A stretch of 34,021 nt of DNA from Candidatus Hydrogenedentota bacterium. Its GTDB lineage: Bacteria > Hydrogenedentota > Hydrogenedentia > Hydrogenedentales > SLHB01. Location: the NCBI GenBank assembly GCA_016215105.1, contig JACRLJ010000128.1, positions 1 to 34,021 of the forward strand, given 5' to 3'. Under the pieces are notes generated by a model, which worked only from the letters and a program-made list of their open reading frames with translations, did no database searches and was not told the origin of the DNA. Of the stretch, positions 15,876-24,466 are shown piece by piece. Positions within the stretch are counted from its first letter, which is position 1, and each line of letters opens with the position of its first letter. The position numbers and the translations under genes were made by a program.

Positions 15876-16238
15876 TTGGCCTCATGCCCGATTCGGCGCG
15901 ATTGTCGATCGCTTCGGGCTGAATGCGGCGCCTTCTCCTATCGTTACATCCCCCGAAAGTGTAGAACCGCTCAACTCCACGATTGCACGAGCGTCATGGT
16001 ATCAGTTTCGCCGCCCAGTTGAAACCTCCAAGTGTGACCGCCCAGGTAACTCCATTCGCCGATTGCACCCGCGGAATCTCAGCCTGTTCTTCAGCGAACG
16101 GTCAATCGCGTCGGAACGCATTTCACCTTGAAAGGCCCCAGATCCACAACGGTGAGTACGACATTTACCACGGCCACTTGATCGGGAAGAAGTTCGATTG
16201 TCCTGCAACGCGCCAACTGCCGAGTTTAGGATGAATCG

Positions 16239-17105
16239 TTGCGGTCCAGCCCATACCCCGTTATAATCGTTCCACCCAACGAAAAGAGACGAATCTTGAA
16301 GCCGAGCGATGTTCCCCTGGCAGCGATCTGCGCCGATATTGAGCGATCGTGCTCACTTTCTATTCGTAATGTCGAACATATTTCCCTGACCGCTCGCAGC
16401 GCGGTTTATCTTGCGGAAACGCCCAATGAACGAATGGTCCTGAAGCTATCCGCAAATTCCTCGCCGACTCTCACGTCAGCCCAGGAATTTCAGGCGCTTC
16501 AGGCAGTGCGTATCCAAGGGCAGGTTCGCGCTCCAGTTGCCGTGGCGCACGGTAAACACCTCGGAGTCAGTTGGCTTCTTCAGGAATTTCTTGGAGGAGA
16601 ATCGCTTTCAAGCTTCTTCATAAGCGAGACTCAGTGCGCGGATGATCACCTTGAAGACATTTTCCAAGCGGGGCAGCTTCTAGCCAAGCTTCACGCAGAC
16701 GCCAAGACCGGCCACTCTGCGCAACGTTCACTCGATCACGCGTTGGAAGTGGCTGCGTACAATCTCGAGAATTCCCTCTATGACCCGGACGAATTCTTGG
16801 GTATCGCGCCACCCGGCGAGATCTATGAGTATCTACGCACGCAGCGTCCAGATTCTCTGCGGGAATGTCTGCTCCATGGGGACTTTCGTCCAAAGAATAT
16901 CCTCGTACAGAAGAACGGTCAACTTGCCCTGATTGACTGGGAACACAGTTTCCCTGGCGATCCCTATTATGACCTCGCTGTCTTTGCTTACTACTGTAGT
17001 CAGGACAGCGTCTTGACCAGATTTCTCGACGGCTATCGGTTGACCGCTATTGATCGCGAGAGACTTCGCTATTTCGATCTGCTCAGTAAGCTTCTGAATG
17101 TCTAG
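16239..17105 (+). CDS. Phosphotransferase enzyme family protein (APH/choline-kinase-like fold)
   Basis: Catalytic motifs LLHGDFRPKNILVQKNGQLALIDWEHSFPGDPYYDLAVF (HGDxxxxN plus IDW/D). Start codon uncertain (TTG at 16239 or a downstream alternative). Lower GC than neighbouring genes. Confidence 0.7.
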   Translation: MRSSPYPVIIVPPNEKRRILKPSDVPLAAICADIERSCSLSIRNVEHISLTARSAVYLAETPNERMVLKLSANSSPTLTSAQEFQALQAVRIQGQVRAPVAVAHGKHLGVSWLLQEFLGGESLSSFFISETQCADDHLEDIFQAGQLLAKLHADAKTGHSAQRSLDHALEVAAYNLENSLYDPDEFLGIAPPGEIYEYLRTQRPDSLRECLLHGDFRPKNILVQKNGQLALIDWEHSFPGDPYYDLAVFAYYCSQDSVLTRFLDGYRLTAIDRERLRYFDLLSKLLNV

Positions 17106-17183
17106 CGAAAAGCGTCGCATTCCGGAAATCATCTGTTCGAATCTTTCGCTAGACGGGGCAACTCTAGTGCCTGCAATAAGAAA

Positions 17184-17209
17184 GCCCTTCGACGTACTCA
17201 CCGAAGGGC
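17184..17209 (-). terminator. Hairpin gcccttcg-N10-cgaagggc (repeat copy A of the tRNA-Pro terminator element)
   Basis: 8-bp perfect stem. On the minus strand it is followed by TTTCTTATT. Same stem sequence as the hairpin immediately 3' of tRNA-Pro at 28257-28282. Confidence 0.4.
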
Positions 17210-17327
17210 CGACTTGTAAGAATGACTGAACGTCTGCGGAAAGGGGGGCACTACCACTCGCGCAGCCGCGCGGCAGGATTCTGGTCTAGGGCGAAGGCAG
17301 GCACTATAATCAGCAGGGTCTGCGGGT

Positions 17328-19232
17328 GTGAACTGTTCTTGCGAGAATCCACTCATGATGACTTCTGTGATATGTACTGCCATCGTCGCGGCGCTGGGGG
17401 CCGAATGTGAGGGCGCCTCTATCCATATCGGATTCGACGCATTTCGAGAGGTCTTTGCCCCGGAGTCTGTGGGCGCGATCGATAGTCCCCAAGCGAAGCG
17501 GTATGTGGCGGAGTTCGATTGTGAGCTGGAGGATCTGATAAAGGGATTCGATTTCGAGAAAGGACTGCTGGACCTGCACGGGGAAATGCCGCCGCCGCAA
17601 ATAGCCGAGCTTGATCGCTTGTCTCGCAAGGTATACGCCGAGCGCAAGGAATACCGGTGGCTGTATCAACAGAGCCGGCAGTCGGCGTCTGTGATTGGAA
17701 ATATGGCTTTGGCCTGGGCGCTGCCGATTTCCGAGCATTCTGGGGACGAGCGGTTTCGGCAAGGAGTGATCCGCGGTATACAAGCCTACCTGGAACATCA
17801 GGCCCCTTCCGGCGAGTTTCAGTTCTGTTCCATACGCTTTAGCAGTGTGTACGGCACACACGAAATGGCTTGGCGCCTCGAGCCGTTGCTGGCAGCCTAC
17901 CTGTGTATCCGCCATACGCTGCCGCCGGAGCAGGATCACCGATTTTATGAAGGGCTGCTTCGCGCGGCCCAATATCTGTACGACACGCCGTGTTCGTCGG
18001 AGACGAACCGCGGGTGTGTTTGGTGCGGGGTGATGGCGGGTGCCGCCAAGGTGTTTTCCAGGCCGGAGTACGCGGAGCGCGCGCGCCAAATTTGGGCGGG
18101 AGTAGGTCCGCGCGTGTTTGACCCGTCCGGACAGGTTGTCGAGGGGTTGGGGCCGGATATGGGGTACTCGTTCATTTCGCTTCTCTATACCTTTCGTCAC
18201 CGAACGGCATCGAAAAACGCGGAACTTGACGCTCCCCTGATGCGCGCCTTGGATTGGTTCTCCACCGTCCACGATTCCAATGGCTTGCCGATGCAGTTCA
18301 TTTCGTCCCGTACAGAACAATTCGCGCCGGACAGGCTTGCGTATCTCTTAAGCGCGCTTGAGTATTACGCGCGCGAGCGGCCCTACTATGCGACACTCGC
18401 GCATGAGTATTTCGATATCCTCGGGCGAAGTCATGGCCACTACGCGTGCGACCACGGTGGAATCCCGTGGATAACGGCAGCCTTATACCACAACCCCGCG
18501 ATACTTCCCGCCCCGTTGCCCGATTCGTTGCTGCGATTCACCACGGAATACTCGGGGGAGGTAACCGGCTACTTGAATGTCCGACGCGACTACAGCGCAG
18601 TCGTGGTGTTTGGAGGAGTAAAGGACTTGTGCGGTTTGCAGCACTGGACGTTGGCCGGAGAACGTCCACTCATATGCGAGTCGCCGAAGAGCCGGTCGAG
18701 CGTAAAGGCGTGGGGCCTCGATACGTCGCGTAGTCGAGTGCTTACGAGTCATCGCCGGGATTCGAGCGATCTGGAGACGGCGTCAATTGATTGGGGAGGA
18801 ATCCGCACGTGTTACGTCTTTGGGGACGGCGTCACCTGGGTTTTCGATGTTGCTCCGAACCTGAAGCGTGAGGTGAGCTGGGCCATTAACAAGAACGTGT
18901 GCGCAGAGCCGAGGCTCGAGGATGGCGCTATCCGGACAGAGAAGCAGAAATCGCGTATCAACGCGGGTCCCGTTGCTCCGTGTCTTGACGAAGTAGAGAC
19001 TGGCTGGCACGTGCGTGTCGTCGTGCCCGACAACCAGCCTGTCGACTGGACCATCTTTCACGACGGCTCGGCCGGTCCGGTAACGGCGGGGTTTAAGGAC
19101 GGAATCCTCACGGCCAACCTGACAAGTGAGAACGCAACCTATGATCTAGTGTACAATGCGGGAGAGAGGGCGTTCACGGTTGATGAGGCAGAATTGAAGC
19201 CGCGTCAGGTCCGAGTCCGGCGTGCGCGCTAA
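17328..19232 (+). CDS. Hypothetical protein, possibly heparinase II/III-like polysaccharide lyase fold (tentative)
   Basis: 634-aa ORF with genome-typical codon usage. N-terminal hydrophobic segment MMTSVICTAIVAALGA. The RSHGHYACDHGG segment loosely resembles the GHxHxD region of the heparinase II/III family. The overlapping antisense ORF 17310-18320 is Arg-rich and judged spurious. Confidence 0.5.
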   Translation: MNCSCENPLMMTSVICTAIVAALGAECEGASIHIGFDAFREVFAPESVGAIDSPQAKRYVAEFDCELEDLIKGFDFEKGLLDLHGEMPPPQIAELDRLSRKVYAERKEYRWLYQQSRQSASVIGNMALAWALPISEHSGDERFRQGVIRGIQAYLEHQAPSGEFQFCSIRFSSVYGTHEMAWRLEPLLAAYLCIRHTLPPEQDHRFYEGLLRAAQYLYDTPCSSETNRGCVWCGVMAGAAKVFSRPEYAERARQIWAGVGPRVFDPSGQVVEGLGPDMGYSFISLLYTFRHRTASKNAELDAPLMRALDWFSTVHDSNGLPMQFISSRTEQFAPDRLAYLLSALEYYARERPYYATLAHEYFDILGRSHGHYACDHGGIPWITAALYHNPAILPAPLPDSLLRFTTEYSGEVTGYLNVRRDYSAVVVFGGVKDLCGLQHWTLAGERPLICESPKSRSSVKAWGLDTSRSRVLTSHRRDSSDLETASIDWGGIRTCYVFGDGVTWVFDVAPNLKREVSWAINKNVCAEPRLEDGAIRTEKQKSRINAGPVAPCLDEVETGWHVRVVVPDNQPVDWTIFHDGSAGPVTAGFKDGILTANLTSENATYDLVYNAGERAFTVDEAELKPRQVRVRRAR

Positions 19233-19407
19233 TCCAGTTATTCATGGTTGATGCCGTCATTATTCAGGGCCGCGTGTGCGCAACCGGCTTTTGCGAGGAT
19301 GCCGGTGGCGAGAGCGAATATCGCGCGAAGTCTTTCGTGCCTAGACCAGATCGCCGTACCGTTTCACGGCTGCGCGCCTCTGGTCCGTTCAGGTGAGGCG
19401 CCTCACT

Positions 19408-19526
19408 CTACCCCTTGCGATTGAGTTTCGGTGTGGGCGTTGCGGGAGGCTAGTTCCACCAACGAGAAAGCCCTTCGACGGAAACGGCGAAGGGCTGATT
19501 CTTGGAGATAGTCGGGGCGACTGGGC
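19408..19526. repeat. Repeat copy B: ~119 bp homologous to the region flanking the tRNA-Pro 3' end (28195-28311), including the terminator hairpin and a 17-nt tRNA acceptor-end fragment
   Basis: ctaccccttgcgattgagtttcggtgtgggcgttgcgggaggctagttccaccaacgagaaagcccttcgacggaaacggcgaagggctgattcttggagatagtcggggcgactgg versus D ctaccccttgcgtttgaatttcggtgggcgtgttgcgcgaggctagttccaacaatgagaaagcccttcgacctggttgccgaagggctgaatcttaaagatggtcggggcgactgg. Confidence 0.75.
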
Positions 19527-19693
19527 GAGGACAGAACTATTCTGGATCGGGATTGTCGAGCTTCCTCCAATTGTCCCTTAGGATCCGGCCGTAACGCACA
19601 CGTAAATAGTCGTCTTCGAGACAAGCGCGCTCGGCCCATTCGCGGCCCGCGTGGCCCACGCTTCCTGGTCGCGAGAACAAAGATTAGCACCGT

Positions 19694-20403
19694 TCACTTT
19701 GCCTCGAACCGCCAAGGCCCATCCCGGCTAACAAAGACATCCGGATTTGTCGGAGGCGAGAGCAGGCCGCCCGCGCCGTAGTCCAGCTCGAATTTCAGTT
19801 GTTCAATCTTCTGACGGCCTTCTCGGCCGACCTCAACCATAAACTGTACGTAGCCAATGAACGGGAGCTGTTTGTTGAAGAAATCGGGTTGTTGCTCGAC
19901 CATCCATTTTACCGCCGCCTCTTCGTCACTCTTCCAGGGCACATCCTGCCCGTTGTACGACGCCAACATATCTTTGTACTGAGCGCGCTCCGACTCTGGC
20001 ACACGAAGTGTCCCGTGGTAGCTTTGCTTGGGGTGGGCAGGGTCAACGGGCGGCTGATCACACGAAAGAGCTTGCCAAGTGGACCAATGCTTGCGGTCGG
20101 GACTGTACCGGGCGAAGAACTGTCCCGGAGGCAGGGCAGTGGAATTGTTTTGAATCTTATACTCTCCCGGCGGCACAACCTCGGCGCGCATTCTCACCGC
20201 GTACACCGTCCTCCAGGACCAGCCCACCGCCACAGGTTCGGTTTGAAGTGTCTGCGGATCGGTCCATGACGCCTTTTTCGCAGCCTCCGTGGGTTTAGTA
20301 AAATCGATGATCAGAGAATTGTTCCCCTGGATCACGGATTCCGCACGACAAGCGAACAGAATCGGACTCAGGATCGCGAGGAACGCCAACGGCTTGTTCA
20401 TTT
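19694..20403 (-). CDS. Secreted hypothetical protein
   Basis: Likely start ATG at 20403 (GAAGGGG RBS) giving MNKPLAFLAILSPILFACRAESV, a signal peptide. No recognised domain. The longer ORF extending to 20566 has no RBS. Confidence 0.5.
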
Positions 20404-20508
20404 GATTGCCCCTTCTACCCGTGGGTATCCAAAAACAAAAACACTTGGGGTTGCACCCTATTCCGGTTTGAACCGAAGTAAGGCTCGCCCCTTCTTGAGA
20501 TTGTGAGT

Positions 20509-21417
20509 TTAGTTCTGAATTGGACTCGCACCTTGGCTCTTCCTTTGACGAAGGATTTCCGCCCACGCCGGGATATACGGATACGCTCCCGAGCGGTGAA
20601 ACTCTACGTGGCCGTCCATGTACAGCACGTTTCCACCATCTGGCGTGTGGTTGAAGCTAATCTCGGTTGAGGAAGATTCGAACGTATCAAACGCAACCAC
20701 GGTGCGAACCCGCGCCCAGGCATCCCACCCGCCAGGCGGATCGGGCCCGTTAATATCGGTCAACATGAATCGTTCGAGGCCATTTCGGAGGCGGAGCACA
20801 GTTTCGGGTTTGGTGTAACTTTTGGGGCCTCCCACGAGGACAAACCGGCCAATACCGTTGTGCCCTCCCTCTAGCTTCACCTCTCGCAGTTTTCCGCTGT
20901 GCAGCGCGTCGAGGATGCCCGCAACGGTTTTATCGGCTGAATAGTATTTCGGGTCGGTGAACCAGGCCTCTCTAATCATGAGCCCAAGGTAAATATACGA
21001 CGAATCATCAAATCGGCACGGGTCGGACACTCCGTCCGCACCGACCCAGTCTCTTGCGCTTACGCGCTTCGCGTTGGTCGGGCACACCAGGATACTGGGA
21101 TCTGTCAAATACGTTGGGTAAAGCGATGAGCCGTTCACCATGAATACGCTTGTATTTACGTTACTGCAGCCAGGGCCAATATGGTCCTGAATTGGCGGAT
21201 AGTATCCGTTGTTTTCATCGGCGTAGAGCCGGCACGCAACGCTGAATTGCTTGAGCCGCATCTGACAGGCCGCCTTCGGATGAAAGATGTCGGCGTTATA
21301 GATGCGCGGCGCAAGTAATACCAGCAGAAAGAGAAGACCTAGCAACCCTATGATGACAACGAATTCACGTGTTGAAACACGGCGCCGGTGCGATTCATTT
21401 GCGGGCTGCTGGTCCAT
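20509..21417 (-). CDS. DUF1559 (H-X9-DG) family protein with prepilin-like N-terminal segment
   Basis: N-terminus RRRVSTREFVVIIGLLGLLFLLVLLA followed by ACQMRLKQFSVACRLYADENNGYYPP. C-terminal HTPDGGNVLYMDGHVEF is the H-X9-DG motif. GGAGGGG RBS. The family is characteristic of Planctomycetota. Confidence 0.8.
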   Translation of the reverse strand: MDQQPANESHRRRVSTREFVVIIGLLGLLFLLVLLAPRIYNADIFHPKAACQMRLKQFSVACRLYADENNGYYPPIQDHIGPGCSNVNTSVFMVNGSSLYPTYLTDPSILVCPTNAKRVSARDWVGADGVSDPCRFDDSSYIYLGLMIREAWFTDPKYYSADKTVAGILDALHSGKLREVKLEGGHNGIGRFVLVGGPKSYTKPETVLRLRNGLERFMLTDINGPDPPGGWDAWARVRTVVAFDTFESSSTEISFNHTPDGGNVLYMDGHVEFHRSGAYPYIPAWAEILRQRKSQGASPIQN

Positions 21418-21635
21418 ACCGTTCCCCTCCGGTCAGCAAACGTAACACTGGGTGCTGAGCGCATTATATCAGAGGGCTTTGTCGGAAAGGAGGTAGACCG
21501 GGGACTTCGGGGTTGATTCGCTGCGTGAGAGACGGAGATTTTCGCACAGTCACGGGAAGACGTAAACAAACGAGAAATGAAGATTCGTCGAGTAAGTTTC
21601 CTCACAACGGACGGTTTAGCGCTGCCCTCAAAACA

Positions 21636-21722
21636 AAAACCCTCCGACGTGCTCGCCAAAGGGCTGATTTCTAAAGATGGTCGGGGCGACTGGATTTGAA
21701 CCAGCGGCTCCGGACTCCCAAG
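21636..21722. repeat. Repeat copy C: degenerate terminator hairpin plus 45-nt fragment of the tRNA-Pro 3' half (T-arm and acceptor end)
   Basis: tggtcggggcgactggatttgaaccagcgg (21678-21707) is identical to the 3' 30 nt of tRNA-Pro, with similarity continuing to ctcccaa (the anticodon-loop region). The upstream ccctccgacgtgctcgccaaagggctgatttctaaaga matches the D-copy terminator with mismatches. Confidence 0.75.
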
Positions 21723-21784
21723 ACCATTAGGAAGTATTGCCTTTGCGGCGAAATGCCAATCCTAACGGATCGACACTACAGGTC

Positions 21785-24013
21785 TTAGTTTGGCGGCGTC
21801 CACCACGCCATCGAATCCGACCCGTTGCCGGTCTGGAACTTGCCCGTGACCGTCAACGAATCCAGATCAATGACGTGGACGCCGTCCGTCTCTTCACACC
21901 CTGCGAACGCGTGCTTGCCGTCGGGAGACAACTCGAGTCCAATGGCCCTGCTCCCCACCGGCAAACATTTGATCTCCGTCAGTGTCGCAACATCTAGAAC
22001 GACGACTTCACCCTTCTCCGTCCAACTGGACACCAGCGCTCGCCGGCCATCGAGCGTGAAGCGTATCCGGACAGGTTTTCCAGGACACGGAATCGTCTTG
22101 ACGGGGGTATGCGTCGCCAGATCGATGATCGTGATGCTGTCGCCTTCCTGATTGAGAGCCCACAACTGCTTCCGATCGGGCGTGAAGGCCATTCCTTCGC
22201 ACCCCTTCCCGCAAGGGATCTGCGTGATCAGCGCGCCCGATTCCCGGTCGATCACGGAGACGTTCTGCGTGTCGATGTTTGCGGTGTACAGCCGCTTGTT
22301 GTCGTGCGAGACCAGGACCATGTGCGAAATCTTGCCGTGGGTAGGTATACCGCGCGTGACCTTGTTGGTCTGAGTGTCGATTTCCACGACAAAGCCCGTC
22401 TGGCCCGCCGTAAAGTAGGCGTGTTTTCCATCGGGCGCCATCGCGGCTCCGTGGATACGCGAGTACTCGCCCGTGGAAATCTGCGCGACGTGTTTGCGCT
22501 CCACCAGATCGATCACCGACACCGTATTTCCCGGCGGCGCGTAGTTCGAGAGATAGGCAAAGCGGCTGTCCTTTGAAAGCACGATTTCATGGGGGTTCGG
22601 CCCGGTGGGAATCTTCGCGATCGGCTCCAGGGTCCGGGGGTTGACGAAAGAGATGGTGTCCTCGTGCTTGTTTAAAACTAGCAGAACGTCCTGATCGGGC
22701 GGAAGCTTGCGTGGATCGCCGAGTTCGTTCAGCAACTCAAATGGCGGCTCTTTGCCGCCTTCGCGCGTAGTAAAGAAATTGTAGACCATGAGACCATCGG
22801 CGCCATCCTCCCAGAGCCACCGCGCGATCCGGCGATAGGTGTCTTTTGAAGGCTCGACTTCAATGGAGGCGTAGATCGGCAGGCCGGCGGGAAACACGCG
22901 GCGGTACTCGCGAACGGGTAAGGGAAAGTCGTTCCGGAGGTAGTGCGACACGGTCACGAAATCCACGATCCCCTCCTTCGCCCAGGCGATGGGATCGATA
23001 CCGATGGCCCGATTCTGTTCCGGCAGGGCCATGATGCGGACGGACAACCGCACGGGACGCCCGCGTTCTTGACCTATCTCCCGCGTCATGCGCCGCACAT
23101 CGCGCATCCAGCCGGTCATGACCGCTACGTTTTCCGATTCCTTGCCGGGCGAAAAGTACATGGGAAACCGCTGGAAGTCCAGGTCGAGGCCGTCGATCGG
23201 ATAGCGCTCGCAACACTCGCGCAGCTCCGCGAGCCGCTGCTGCCGCACTTCGGGAACGGCGTAGTTGAGACCGCCAGGCAGCCAACTCCCCACGACCGGG
23301 TGCGTCCGGGGACCGAGGATTTGGACGTACACACTGGACAACGCATCGCCCGGTTTTCCGATGCGCCAATCGGGATGCTCCTTCCAGAATCGCGACAACA
23401 GTATGCTGTCGGATTCGTCAACCGCGTGGACTTCGTTCAGCCGAAACGTGAGGAAGGTTTCCAGGCCCTTTTCTTTCGCGCGGGCTACGATAAGACCTAG
23501 AGGGTCATGGCCGGCGTCAACCAATGCCCTCAGATTCACTGCCGTCCGTTCAAGAGAGCCCGGCTTCGTTGCTGCCGGGTCCTTGATAGTCTCGGCTACG
23601 GCTGGACTCAGGCGCGCGCCCAACATTTCCGACGCCTTCCCGGGAAAGTTGACGTTCATTCCGACGTTGGGGCTGATGAAAAGCGACGTGGCGCCAGCCC
23701 TTCCAATCTCGTCGACGTAACCCAGGACGTCGGCGGGCTGCATCGGGTACGCTTTGTATAGGAACATGTTGTCGCCATCGCTATTGTAGATGAGACGGCG
23801 GCGCGCGTCGCTCCCGCCGGTGTGTTTCTCGTCTACAGGACCAGTGTCTGCTTGTGCGACCATGATTTCCGCTCCTACGGACGAATTCTGAATGCGGCCT
23901 CTCTCGCTGCCCCAGCGAGTGTTGTCAATGCCGAACTGGTGAGAATCATCTGGACAAGGAACGATCAGAACGCCAAACGCGACTGCGGCCACGATCCCCA
24001 ACACACTTGACAT
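21785..24013 (-). CDS. Secreted two-domain protein: glycoside-hydrolase-like TIM-barrel region plus C-terminal YVTN-type beta-propeller repeats
   Basis: Start ATG 24013 (GGGAGG RBS), signal peptide MSSVLGIVAAVAFGVLIV. Central YPIDGLDLDFQRF resembles the DGxDxDxE strand of GH18/GH-like barrels, with Q in place of E. The C-terminal ~350 aa contains at least 6 repeats of the ~40-aa YVTN beta-propeller pattern (e.g. LYTANIDTQNVSVIDRESG, LWALNQEGDSITIIDLATH). Confidence 0.6.
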   Translation of the reverse strand: MSSVLGIVAAVAFGVLIVPCPDDSHQFGIDNTRWGSERGRIQNSSVGAEIMVAQADTGPVDEKHTGGSDARRRLIYNSDGDNMFLYKAYPMQPADVLGYVDEIGRAGATSLFISPNVGMNVNFPGKASEMLGARLSPAVAETIKDPAATKPGSLERTAVNLRALVDAGHDPLGLIVARAKEKGLETFLTFRLNEVHAVDESDSILLSRFWKEHPDWRIGKPGDALSSVYVQILGPRTHPVVGSWLPGGLNYAVPEVRQQRLAELRECCERYPIDGLDLDFQRFPMYFSPGKESENVAVMTGWMRDVRRMTREIGQERGRPVRLSVRIMALPEQNRAIGIDPIAWAKEGIVDFVTVSHYLRNDFPLPVREYRRVFPAGLPIYASIEVEPSKDTYRRIARWLWEDGADGLMVYNFFTTREGGKEPPFELLNELGDPRKLPPDQDVLLVLNKHEDTISFVNPRTLEPIAKIPTGPNPHEIVLSKDSRFAYLSNYAPPGNTVSVIDLVERKHVAQISTGEYSRIHGAAMAPDGKHAYFTAGQTGFVVEIDTQTNKVTRGIPTHGKISHMVLVSHDNKRLYTANIDTQNVSVIDRESGALITQIPCGKGCEGMAFTPDRKQLWALNQEGDSITIIDLATHTPVKTIPCPGKPVRIRFTLDGRRALVSSWTEKGEVVVLDVATLTEIKCLPVGSRAIGLELSPDGKHAFAGCEETDGVHVIDLDSLTVTGKFQTGNGSDSMAWWTPPN

Positions 24014-24466
24014 GTATGAACCTCCCGCGTGCCCGAGCGACAAAGACCTTCCAGCAAAACCCCGTGCAACAGAGTGACCTCGTAGCGCCGGCGTCCTCGC
24101 CGGCTCGGTACTGACGCTCTGAAGCCGCCGGGACGGCGGCGCTACGTTGATTGAGCGACGGTTCTTTAGAAGTTCAAAGTCACTGTATGGAAGCCTCAGA
24201 CACAAATCAAACCGGTGAATAGCCCTGTGGTCCCCAGTTCTGCAATCGTTACTTGCGAAGCGGGTTGCGATGGTCACAGTTCTTCGGCTAGGAATCCGGC
24301 CAGAAAGCCGGCTTCTTGACCGCGCCTCCGGGCAGGCTGTACGAGAGGATGGCACTCAGTGGGAGAGTTTATACGGATGCGCTTTGCTCAGGAATACCGT
24401 CGTCTTCGCGGTCGTTTCCCTAATCAAAGCATAGGAGGGTGTCCTGTGTCGCGACGACTGCGCCCC

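Noticed and set aside
17310-18320. 336-aa minus-strand ORF
   Set aside because: Overlaps the 634-aa plus-strand gene entirely. Extremely Arg-rich (RRRHFPVQ..., RLRRTRR...), which is the usual antisense artefact.
19393-19581. 62-aa ORF, and the C-terminal part of ORF 27949-28317
   Set aside because: Both are translations of the tRNA-Pro flank repeat (PLAIEFR... / PLAFEFR...). Their similarity reflects the DNA repeat, not a protein family.
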